Shown in pieces: positions 56,001-63,688 of a DNA stretch of 64,000 bases. Both the position numbers and the translations under genes were made by a program. Every line of letters starts with the position of its first letter. Position 1 is the first letter of the stretch. A model generated the notes under the pieces. The model had not been told where the DNA came from, ran no database searches, and was given only the letters and a program-made list of their open reading frames with translations. Source of the DNA: an uncultured Candidatus Saccharibacteria bacterium (GTDB taxonomy: Bacteria; Patescibacteriota; Saccharimonadia; CAZHVB01); contig CAZRIY010000001.1 of the NCBI GenBank assembly GCA_964600295.1, positions 24,810 through 88,809 of the forward strand. The letters are read 5' to 3'.

Positions 56001-59000
56001 AAACAGACCATTGGTACCCGAACTCAAAGCCGTGTGCAGTAAGGCTCCTGGACTAGTCGTACCGATACCCACATTACCGCTGTTGAGAATTGTCAGGATC
56101 TCTGCCGCTCCAAGGTTGTTTATGAAATGATAATCATTTGCTTGAAAGCGCAGAGCGGTGTTGGCTGTGCCCGCATCGTTGAGCGCACTCAGCCGTACCT
56201 GCGAAGCGGAGGTAGATATTGTGAAGTTTTGGTCGGTTCCAACCCTCACATGAAGAGGTGCTTGAGGAGTGATAACCCCAACACCAACACCACCCGAAGC
56301 TTTCAAAGTAAGGATGTTAGCGGTATTAAAAGCAGTACCCGCATCATTAGTGGAGTTGAACGAAAGGATACCATCAGTGGTGCCGTTATCAACAAAGAAT
56401 ACTCGTTGCCCCGAAGTAGAACCCGTGTTTTCAAAATATAGCCTGTTTTTGCCGCTGGTTCCCGAGCTTGAAGTTAGAATCAACCCTTCGTCAGCATTGG
56501 GAATCGTTATACCACTTGAACCACTGCCCACTACGTGTATTTTTCCTAGAGGGCTGGTGGTGCCAACGCCCAGTTTGCCTGAAGCATCTACCACAAAGGG
56601 CGTGGAATCCGAGAAGGTTCCGTCATCGTTAACTCTGAAAGCCGTAGCAGTACCAGCTTGGGTAATCTCGAAGGTGGTATCGGTAGTTTGATCAGTCAAT
56701 GTAATTTCAATATCCCGCCCATCGGTTGTCGAGATAGTATTGCCATTGGCATAGGCGTTCTGCAATGTTACCGAGGGGTCAGAACCGCCCGAACCCGAGC
56801 AAGTGGCAAGTTGATTTGAACCGTTGCGGCAGACTGAGGTGGAGCCGGCGGCGCCTAGCGCGGTGACGATTACATTACCGGAAGAGTTAACCCCAAAAAG
56901 ATCGCCAGATCCGACGGTAAGTAGATATGCAGGAGAGGTATCACCAATGCCGACCCTGCCTGTGTTATCTATCCGTAACCTCTCAGCATTACCATCGCGG
57001 TAAACAAATGGAATAACTGATGTGCTGCTAGTTGATGAGATGCCCTGTAAACCATTTATATTGTCGACAAAAATGCCAAGCCGACGATTATTTGTGCCGT
57101 CATTAAGGTAAGTAGAAATACCGGCGATACCGGACGTTTGGCTGTTTATAACTTGCGGAGTAAATCCTGTGCCTACTCCATCAGGTAGAGTTGAAGTCAA
57201 CCCTGCACCAATCTGGAGTGCAACACCAGGGTTAGTTGTACCAATGCCGACATTACCGTTTTGATCTATTGTCATCCGCACGCTCGGGGTTGGAGATGCC
57301 CCAGCATCATTAGGGGTAGTATAGAATGCTAACTTCGCACCCGAATCGGTATCAGCACCATATCCTTCAGTAGTTAAAGCTTCTATTTTGGCTACAACCT
57401 TGGGATTGGTTGTAGTAAAACTGGTATCATTTGAAGCAAATTGAATAACACCCAAGACATCATCTGTTGCACTGCTCGACACATCCCCACCTAGTCGAAG
57501 AATCGCTGAAGAACCGGGATTTGCAGATACATCCAATTTTACCGCCGGGCTTGTAGTACCGATGCCGACGAAACCTAAATCTGATCCGGCACCACCTTTA
57601 ATCGTCACTCGAGTTCCGGTAGTATCGCCTGTTCTGAAAATTAAATCATCGCTAGAAGTTCCTCCCTGAAGCTGCAACGGACCACCCGAAGACATGACAG
57701 TGAGCGACCCTGTGCCTGTACTATCTATCTTGTAGTTCCCAACAGAAGTATGCGTTATATCAACCCCATCGGATCGGCCCGCCCCCTGTGAGCGAATGCC
57801 CGTATCGCTTCTTACGTGTAGCGAGGTGCCAGGCGCTGTGGTGCCGATGCCGACGTTGCCGGTTGGTGTTACGTTAATTACATCGCTTCCCCCGACGATT
57901 ACCCGTAGGTTGCCTTCGCTGACTCCATCGGTTTCTTGGATGGCAAAGGCCCAATCTCTAGCTGTTGTGGTTTCAGCCGCGGTAGATTGAAGATGCAAGC
58001 TAGTGGGTCCCAAGTAGAGATCGCGCCAGCGGAGGGCGGCAGACCCCAGATCGTAGGTATCGTCGGTAGCAGGTAGCAAATTGCCTGCTAGAGTCGTGGC
58101 GGAACTAGTTACCGCTAAGTAGCTGGTGCTACCAGCATTGTTCTGGACTTCCAGCAGGTTGGCACCAATGGGTGTGGCGTTGTCCCGAACCGTTAGGGCA
58201 CCACGAGTAGCGTCTAGAGTGATTTCGGGAGAGGTTGAAGCGTTGTAGGCGGTTTGGAGGGTGGCAGCACCACCCCCAGTTAGACAGTTACCAGCAGTGG
58301 AACAAAGATCGTAGGTGCCGGCAGCGGCATCAGCCAGGCGGTAGGTAATGTCGGCAGTGGGGTTAACAACCGACAGTACGGTTTCACTGGCATCAGCACT
58401 GGTCCCTTCCCAAATCAAGCTAGCATCGCTCTGGACACCAAAGAGGTCACCATTACCGACGGTTAGAAGATAAGCCGGAGTTGTATCGCCGATACCAATG
58501 CTGCCACCGTTAGCGGAGTCAACTGTTAGTACCCGCACGTAGTTGGTAACTCCGCCAGTGGTGTCCGTATCTATATCAAAGCCGAGCTCGTCGTCGGCGC
58601 CATTTATATCACCAGTACGAAGAACCATGGAACGATTAATTGGGCCAGTTATGTTGTTGACTAAATCCGCTGTATTACTAAGCACCAAATCACCCGCGCT
58701 GGTAATCTTTAGGCTTTGCTCCATTACATCGTCCAGTCGGGTATTAAACACCAAATCGGCATCCGCCGTGCTGGCCGATCCCGTTGTCCAAGTATCAGTC
58801 TTGACCGCGTCGATTTGTGCGGCCGAGCGAAATGCACTAGCTCCCGACAGAGATAAACCAAAATCTATCCTTGTCCCAGCCGAGGTACCAACATCGATAT
58901 TTGCTATCCTTAGGGCCGTTGCGGTTGAGTTAGCGCTAGTGGGGTATACTTCTAGTTTTGCTGTGGGGCTGGCGGTACCTATGCCGACGTTGCCGGTAGC

Positions 59001-62000
59001 AGAATTTGCATAAAAGGTAGAGGCAGCGGTCGATTTATTGTGTAGGTTTAAGATTGGGTGATTACCAGTGCTATCTAGTGTAATTCTAAACGCACTATCG
59101 GTACTGGCATTACCACTGGCATCGAAAAGCAATTGGTTTGTACTGCGCCCTATTGAGGCAATCTGCCCGCCATCGCTATAATTATACGCATCTGAATTCA
59201 ATTCCCCCGCTATAAGTTGAGTGGCCTGCACCTGTAGGGTGCGTCCAGAGTTGGTATTGTCAACCATACGGATCAAGCCCGCTTCAATACGTACTGGATT
59301 ATTTGCCGCTACATCAGCACCCAACCAGGATGTCCCGTTTACGTTGAGTTTCGCTCCTGGAGCGGCGGTACCAATTCCGACGTTGCCGGCGGCATCAATC
59401 ACAAATGGAGTGGTGTCAGTGAAAGTACCGTCATCATTGACCCGAAAAGCATCAGTAGTACCGGCTTGGGTAATTTCGACAGTTTGATCAGTGGCAGTGT
59501 TGTTAAGAGTAATCTGGATATTGCGCCCATCGGTGGTAGAGATGGTATTACCGTTGGCATAGGCATTTTGCAGTGTTACCGAGGGATCGGAACCGCCGGA
59601 GCCGGAGCAAGTGGCCAGCTGGTTTGAGCCATTGCGGCACACCGAGGTGGAGCCAGCTGCGCCCAGGGCGGAAACCCGAATACTGCCGGTGACATCCAGG
59701 ACATCAGCCGGAGCGGAAGCTGAACCTAAAGCCAAGCTGCCAGCACTATTAAAGTGACTCAAGACAGTTCCGGATGAATTTTGCAGCTGCAGCAGATCGG
59801 CGGTTTGAGAAGCCGCAGCTTTAACTACAAGAGCTTTGCGGGTTGAAGATGTGGCCTGAACAATAAGCGCTGTTGTGTAGTCAACATTAGCTGCATTGAA
59901 GCCCAGACTGACCTGAGGTAGTTCAATATTAACACCGCCCCAGTCCGTCCTGACTCCATTGCTATTTGAACCGCTAAAATAGAGGTATTGCTGATTTGTA
60001 CCGCCAGATCCAATCGAATAATAACGTCCATCGGCAGCCAGGGTTGGAAACTTAATACCGCCAGATGTGGCTGAGCCTGGATAATCCACTCCGACGCCAA
60101 CGGTGAGCTTACCTGCGTTACTTAGGGAAGCAAGAATTGCCCCTGTCGAATTTTGCCATTCCTGGAGGTTGGCTGTTTGCAAAGCAATTCCCTGTACAAC
60201 TAATCCTTTGTTAGTAGTAGCACCAGTTGATATAGCCACCTGGGCCAGGTTATCGGCTGTAGTGAGAGGGTTAATCCGTAAGGCATTCGCAGTACCGTTT
60301 TGGGTAATGGTTACTGTTTGATCAGTAGCGGTATCTGATAGCGTGATTGCTATATTTCTACCATCGGTGGTGGTGATAGTGTTGCCGTTGTTGTAAGCGT
60401 TTTGCAGGGTTACCGATGGGTCGCTACCCCCAGAGCCGGAGCAGGTTGAGAGTTGGTTGGAGCCGTTGCGGCAGAGCGAGGTGGAACCGGCGGACCCGAG
60501 TGTCGCCACAGCCAGAGTGCCGGTAAAGGTAGCGGCAGAGGTGATGGTTTGGCCGTTAATTGTGCCGCTTACAACATTACCACTGGTATCAACTTGGAAG
60601 GCATTGCCTGTACCGATAGCTAGGGTGGTGCTGACGTCAAGCGCGCCAGTGATATTGGTGGCACCTTGAAGCTCAATGGTATCGGCTGAGTTCAGAACGA
60701 TATCGTTACCGACGCCGCTACTGGTGAGAGTCAAAGTACCGCTACTTTGCACCAGCGGGGTGGTTACCGAGGTGCTAAACGTCGGATCACTCACCGTAGC
60801 AATCGTAATATTACCGTTGGCTCCCCCATCGCTGAGTAACAGGTTAGCACCGGCGGTTAGTACCCGTTCGTTGGTGAGAGAGGGGTTGAGGCTAAGGGTA
60901 ACGTAGTCCGCACCAGCCGGGGCTGAACCCCCTCCGCCGATACAGTTGCCAAAGTTGGTGCAGAAGTCGTAAACCCCAGCGGGGTGGGCCGGAATACGGT
61001 AGATAGCGTCGGCCACTGGGGGTATAAAAGCCAGGGTACTGGTAAAACCACCGCTGGTAGCGGTGAGAATGGTCGAGCTGTTGCCCTGGAGGGTTAGGGC
61101 TTGGTCGCTGGAACCGATGGCGAGGTCCCCGGTGGGGGTAAGGGTATTGGTAAAGAGGGTTTGCCCGACGCTGAGGTTAGATTGGAAGGTATTGTTGCCG
61201 CTGAAGACTTGGTTATTACGGTCGAGCAGGGCGACATTAGGGGTTAGACGGGCATCGGCTAGGGTGCCGTGGCTGATGCTGCTGGCATTGAGGTTGGTAA
61301 TACCAGCGCCGTCGCCGGCAATAGTAGTAGCACTCAGGGCTTGGAGACTGGTATTGTCCTGGACGGTTAGATCACCCTCGAGCAAGGAATCACCGTGGAC
61401 CAGCAGGCTGCCGAATTCGCCTTCACCAGAGGTAGTTACGCTGTCAGAACTAAAATCATTAACCGTGACATCACCCAGATTGCTGCTGCCGGTAACCTCG
61501 AGGTTGTTGATAGTGGCCAGACCGCTGACATTAAGATCTACGAAATCGGCCAGTTGGCCACTAATATGGTTGACGGTTAGCTGATCAATATGCATCTGCT
61601 GTTCGGAGGCCTCTTGGCGCTGCTGTTCTAGGCTGGCCAGCTGGTCCAGGCCCACTGCCAGGCCATGAATCAACCACCCCAGGGCGCCGGTGACCAGTAA
61701 TATTAGTAACAGGGGTGCTAATGCCCAGCGGCGAGGAGTGGGATGGTCTGATTCTTCCGAGAGGGTTTCCTCTGGTGGAATAATGGGTGGCTGGCCAGCC
61801 GATTGATCGGGGGAAAAGATGTTGGGCTCTGCCGGAGAAGTATTGGGCGTTTGCGTATCTAAACTATAGGGAGCATATATCTGAGGTGTGTCGGCGGGCT
61901 GTGGATTATTATTCGCTTCTGGTCCGGTTAGAGACCACCCTGCCGCCGGCACGACTGCGACCGCCTCGGGGCGATCGGCTTCTATCGGGGCTGGTGGGGG

Positions 62001-62942
62001 CCAATAGGTATTGGGCTGGATTTCCGGTTCAGGGGCAGGCGTTGGTTTTGTTTCCTCAAATTCTGTGGGTGGAATTGGCAACACCGGAGAAGCCGATGTA
62101 TTTTCGGGGTTAGCTGAGCCGATTGCCGTCGAATGGATGGCGTGACTGGGATTTGGTCTCGTTTCAGATGGTGAAACCGGAGTTTCGGGCGCAATTAATT
62201 GTGCTGGCGGGATTTCAGTTAACTGAGGTGATGCAACTATCGGGTTTGGTAATGCTTCGTGGGGTGGGGTGGATTCTACGGGCTGAGAAACTGGAGGATC
62301 CTGCCCATGGTAGCTAGCTGGAGTAGCAAGAGGATCGGCTACGGGATTGGCTGGTTCTTCGGAGGTAGATGGAACCTGTTCTGCCGCAAAGGCTGTTTGA
62401 TTTTCGGAAACTAGGGCTGATGCGGGAACCGGAATTTCGGTTGCATCCAGAGGAGCAACGTTAGCTGGGGGGATAGCAGGTGCAGACTGCACATCAGATC
62501 CTGACACATTAGCGGAATCGGGATTTGTACTTCTAAGAGCTTGGTCAGAGATCGGTGAAGGCGGTTTAGATGAAACAACTTGTGTCTCATCTGGGATAGG
62601 GGGATTGGTTTGCTCTGGTGATCCCACTTCACTGCGCGATTGGACGACGGGTGGGGGTTGAGTAGCCCGAGCCTCTTCTATCACCGCAGTGATGGGGTGC
62701 GAAGCAATCTGGCTGTTAGTAGTGGGGTTAGACTTACCCGCTTCCAGGGGCGACGGCGTAACTGCAGCTACCTTGAGAAAACCACTCTGGGATGATTCGC
62801 CGGGGCTGTTATCAGCTTTAACATGTGAATAATTAAACTGTTTAGTTAAACGGTGTAGACGGGTACGACAGCGGTCAGAGCAAGTTTTGGCTCCTCTGCG
62901 ACCGCTAAAATTAGTTCCGCAAACCTGGCAATTTGTACTCAT
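50034..62942 (-). CDS. Giant (4302 aa) membrane-anchored repetitive surface fibre protein: zinc ribbon, Pro-rich cytoplasmic region, TM, coiled coil, tail-fibre modules, intramolecular-chaperone (S74-like) domain, C-terminal lectin-like domain
   Basis: N-terminal CQVCG..CSDRC. About 400-aa P/S/T-rich region. TM at ~61660-61735. Three ..LCRNGSNQLxTCSGSGGSDPSVTLQNAY.. modules. SSDERLKTNIQGFE...VTYNWR...GLIAQEVE motif (~50560-50830). Terminal ..DTRGTLTIPAGATS...TATGFVIHL..DLTFDYMVQQ. Confidence 0.8.
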   Translation of the reverse strand: MSTNCQVCGTNFSGRRGAKTCSDRCRTRLHRLTKQFNYSHVKADNSPGESSQSGFLKVAAVTPSPLEAGKSNPTTNSQIASHPITAVIEEARATQPPPVVQSRSEVGSPEQTNPPIPDETQVVSSKPPSPISDQALRSTNPDSANVSGSDVQSAPAIPPANVAPLDATEIPVPASALVSENQTAFAAEQVPSTSEEPANPVADPLATPASYHGQDPPVSQPVESTPPHEALPNPIVASPQLTEIPPAQLIAPETPVSPSETRPNPSHAIHSTAIGSANPENTSASPVLPIPPTEFEETKPTPAPEPEIQPNTYWPPPAPIEADRPEAVAVVPAAGWSLTGPEANNNPQPADTPQIYAPYSLDTQTPNTSPAEPNIFSPDQSAGQPPIIPPEETLSEESDHPTPRRWALAPLLLILLVTGALGWLIHGLAVGLDQLASLEQQRQEASEQQMHIDQLTVNHISGQLADFVDLNVSGLATINNLEVTGSSNLGDVTVNDFSSDSVTTSGEGEFGSLLVHGDSLLEGDLTVQDNTSLQALSATTIAGDGAGITNLNASSISHGTLADARLTPNVALLDRNNQVFSGNNTFQSNLSVGQTLFTNTLTPTGDLAIGSSDQALTLQGNSSTILTATSGGFTSTLAFIPPVADAIYRIPAHPAGVYDFCTNFGNCIGGGGSAPAGADYVTLSLNPSLTNERVLTAGANLLLSDGGANGNITIATVSDPTFSTSVTTPLVQSSGTLTLTSSGVGNDIVLNSADTIELQGATNITGALDVSTTLAIGTGNAFQVDTSGNVVSGTINGQTITSAATFTGTLAVATLGSAGSTSLCRNGSNQLSTCSGSGGSDPSVTLQNAYNNGNTITTTDGRNIAITLSDTATDQTVTITQNGTANALRINPLTTADNLAQVAISTGATTNKGLVVQGIALQTANLQEWQNSTGAILASLSNAGKLTVGVGVDYPGSATSGGIKFPTLAADGRYYSIGSGGTNQQYLYFSGSNSNGVRTDWGGVNIELPQVSLGFNAANVDYTTALIVQATSSTRKALVVKAAASQTADLLQLQNSSGTVLSHFNSAGSLALGSASAPADVLDVTGSIRVSALGAAGSTSVCRNGSNQLATCSGSGGSDPSVTLQNAYANGNTISTTDGRNIQITLNNTATDQTVEITQAGTTDAFRVNDDGTFTDTTPFVIDAAGNVGIGTAAPGAKLNVNGTSWLGADVAANNPVRIEAGLIRMVDNTNSGRTLQVQATQLIAGELNSDAYNYSDGGQIASIGRSTNQLLFDASGNASTDSAFRITLDSTGNHPILNLHNKSTAASTFYANSATGNVGIGTASPTAKLEVYPTSANSTATALRIANIDVGTSAGTRIDFGLSLSGASAFRSAAQIDAVKTDTWTTGSASTADADLVFNTRLDDVMEQSLKITSAGDLVLSNTADLVNNITGPINRSMVLRTGDINGADDELGFDIDTDTTGGVTNYVRVLTVDSANGGSIGIGDTTPAYLLTVGNGDLFGVQSDASLIWEGTSADASETVLSVVNPTADITYRLADAAAGTYDLCSTAGNCLTGGGAATLQTAYNASTSPEITLDATRGALTVRDNATPIGANLLEVQNNAGSTSYLAVTSSATTLAGNLLPATDDTYDLGSAALRWRDLYLGPTSLHLQSTAAETTTARDWAFAIQETDGVSEGNLRVIVGGSDVINVTPTGNVGIGTTAPGTSLHVRSDTGIRSQGAGRSDGVDITHTSVGNYKIDSTGTGSLTVMSSGGPLQLQGGTSSDDLIFRTGDTTGTRVTIKGGAGSDLGFVGIGTTSPAVKLDVSANPGSSAILRLGGDVSSSATDDVLGVIQFASNDTSFTTTNPKVVAKIEALTTEGYGADTDSGAKLAFYTTPNDAGASPTPSVRMTIDQNGNVGIGTTNPGVALQIGAGLTSTLPDGVGTGFTPQVINSQTSGIAGISTYLNDGTNNRRLGIFVDNINGLQGISSTSSTSVIPFVYRDGNAERLRIDNTGRVGIGDTSPAYLLTVGSGDLFGVNSSGNVIVTALGAAGSTSVCRNGSNQLATCSGSGGSDPSVTLQNAYANGNTISTTDGRDIEITLTDQTTDTTFEITQAGTATAFRVNDDGTFSDSTPFVVDASGKLGVGTTSPLGKIHVVGSGSSGITIPNADEGLILTSSSGTSGKNRLYFENTGSTSGQRVFFVDNGTTDGILSFNSTNDAGTAFNTANILTLKASGGVGVGVITPQAPLHVRVGTDQNFTISTSASQVRLSALNDAGTANTALRFQANDYHFINNLGAAEILTILNSGNVGIGTTSPGALLHTALSSGTNGLFERASADANGVALQVRKSRGSLGSPAVVSSGDSIGGLSFTGYDANSYETAARIVAAVDATPGDGDMPGRLQFYTTPDGSATEAERMRINNAGNVGINTTGPDRKLDVLDASNPQLRLTHTDGSVYTEFQADSGGDLTVNPSGGQVYFADGDTLNIGGVTALGYNAISDSGGVTSHGLASDDDLFIEGDLEVNGTLYADSGITSGGNLTVTGHILPGADDTYDLGSAAARWRDLYLGPTSLHIQSTAAETTTARDWAFGIQETDGASEGNLRVTMGGSDLVNITPGGNVGIGTTAPQAKLDLQGGDILQSQTDHDFVQTYGGFGGGLTNLISNPSVENASTSGWAQRGTNTIASVTDQALHGLYSLKATYQDDNRLALPPTLVLAATTTYSMYFYVYVPADWDGGQITIGDDGGFAGSTQTKYNADMSLRDQWQRVTMILTTASDNTGTIHIRTTSAPTVGKFVYFDNVQVNTGSTPLAFSPLSTAVPKGLTTIGELTVTGIGNSYFAGNIGIGTTSITGTGTRLQVQGAGGTGLNGMRLTHGTEGSNWDLTIGGSGNSFPGGFAIADEGTARLVIDSTGNVGVGTTTPTYKLDVAGNVQVLNGLAGFVNSDTTNLVPNSGFESGNTTNWSLSGGPTAVAETGGGGRYALEMVSDATGTHFLESDFMPATAAADYIGNYWLKAQDGSLGGNWRVRILWFDASQVSLGESATITATTGVSGWQKVTVTGTAPANTAYAKLRFTEGIAETIRLDNVQFHAGTTAAVYADTLQGGSPTVATGLITNSAHTASLNVTGNVGIGTAAPKVRLQITGSTAVNSPTLGSASGGFYLTNTDVNYGLLAGVAGDGDPWLQAQRTDGTATAYNLNLQPSGGNVGIGTIDPSAKLHVVGGTDSALASGGYLVTGSTTSTNITMDDNEILARNNGAASTLHLNSDGGTVAVSANTNGIFNVNNNALYVTAGNNVGIGTTAPGGLGGGGTRTDLQVHNAGTTTASFGNLVLSSAATGDTSLMGCMQFGSTGLSGADKRTANICSNKEDALTVNPVGSLRFSTANGGSPTERMRIDENGNVGIGTTGPDSRLHVVGGGVCIESSDTGCASASGNLRVSGGSKLGNVSATPAYADHTTILSDSGTAFEGGLLLTNSDSGTLGTSAIKLSSAFGGGTGADFQLGVVDQSTPNTFATTFLYGDGATGNVGIGNTGPGFKLDVTGDVRLNNAGTLRFYRSDGTTQGLTVSAGATNNFITGTNGSIILTAPGIFNDLGAGSSFNVRNAGAATTHLTVLESSGNVGIGDSTPTEGRLVVGTNTTANETIAVQSGANSALLLTADTDNDGGEVGTSYISFSQDNAGVTSILGTIQTAGQDSSGASFTNALANATLLGAKAGNFALQFGTGSAVNMTILNGGLVGIGTNSPSEELEVNGEIEIAGGETVDDKRLIFAASDKTDRFFIETDLDASTPNDLLGFRGLNTDNILVLRGDGNVGIGTITPAARLEVASGTAPSLTGTGWSQILNDTRTAAAGVGGSLLFKGYKTAQSAQAVFAGIWGQKENATAGDESGALLFYTNPNTGTLAERMRVTSAGNVGIGTTGPAGKLEVSESTDANVLQFLTATSTTKYAASTVRNTASGGASLETYAFGPTYTGVSYFGRAATDTTNIVSAGDTSLGIGTFGATPLLFGTNNAERMRIDSTGNVGIGTTDPSAQKLVVAGNVRVGIGTDGCVEDADGTVIAGTCSSDERLKTNIQGFEPILDRFGQLRAVTYNWRAEEFPDRHLGTATQQGLIAQEVEALFPELVSMDSLGFKQINFSALPIYNIQATAELKLRVDELDQRLSQLEPVEDAQPGDEAQAETEGPAQAETDAEAIQNNSDFSDLNVANTITANELKVVQLVTSAKLEVTGLATIAELKVTGLTSVGDIVISGHVIGNADTRGTLTIPAGATSASYSFSRAYGGVPHVVVSAQANPGSFYWVEKTATGFVIHLAEPTTADLTFDYMVQQ
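60777..61547. repeat. Partner copy of the ~0.75-kb inter-gene direct repeat
   Basis: See 48370-49140. Confidence 0.7.
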
Positions 62943-63007
62943 ATTTTTGGTTTTTGTCTAAATTATTTGTTCGTTTATATGTGTCATTATCAAGCATAAC
63001 CGTTACA

Positions 63008-63047
63008 CTTGTCAAGATCATTTGTGTGGCATTTCAGGCTTTTGGGT
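63008..63047 (-). promoter_or_regulatory. Putative strong promoter for the 4302-aa gene
   Basis: On the minus strand: TTGACA, a 17-18 nt spacer, then TGATAAT, about 70-100 nt upstream of the start codon. Confidence 0.4.
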
Positions 63048-63414
63048 CAGTTGTAGCACAACAATCGTCTGCGGATCCGTTTTGGGGGCAGATATGAGGA
63101 AAACTTAGTAGCGTATAGATTAATGTAGATATAATATCAACACCTTTCCTCTGTTGCAGAATGAAATAATAACCATCTGAGTAATACTTGTGTCTTATCG
63201 GTAATAAGCGCATTTTTGGTATTGTAGGATAAATAACAACGATACTAACAGGGGTGTCAAATAATATGTGCTGGTGAGATTTGGTGTGGCTAAACGATCT
63301 TTGTATTACTAGTTTATGTATGTGGCTTTCTATGTGTATTAGTTGAATACATAATGTGTCGTACAATCTAGATTTTGGTTTTTTAATGTCGTACAATCAG
63401 GTAGTGAGCCTCCG

Positions 63415-63688
63415 ATGATGTTCAAATATGTTTACGTTCTTCGTTCAGAATCCAACGGTTATCTGTATATCGGTAAGACTTCAGATCTGAAGCGACGCTA
63501 TATTGAACATCAAAAAGGTATAAGTGGGTTCACCAAGAAGTTCGCCCCCTGGAAGTTAATCTATTACGAAGCCCATACGGATGCAAAAGATGCTGCAAGG
63601 CGTGAAGGATATCTAAAGACTACTCTCGGTAATCGGGCACTTAAGCGTATGCTTCGCAATAGATTGAATCGGAGGTCTACTACCTGAT
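63415..63688 (+). CDS. GIY-YIG nuclease family protein
   Basis: YVYVLRS...GYLYIGKTSDLKRRYIEH GIY-YIG motif. 90 aa. Confidence 0.75.

Noticed and set aside
41299-62317. Dozens of 60-170-aa plus-strand ORFs inside the two giant genes, for example 41375..41794 and 58543..59013
   Set aside because: They are antisense to long, intact, repeat-consistent minus-strand ORFs. They are low-complexity P/S/T/A/V-rich, and identical ones recur where the DNA is duplicated. That is expected from GC-skewed coding DNA, not from real genes.
63034-63396. 120-aa minus-strand ORF
   Set aside because: It lies in the AT-rich divergent promoter region between the giant gene and the GIY-YIG gene. It is low complexity with no RBS and overlaps the predicted promoter, so it is probably spurious.
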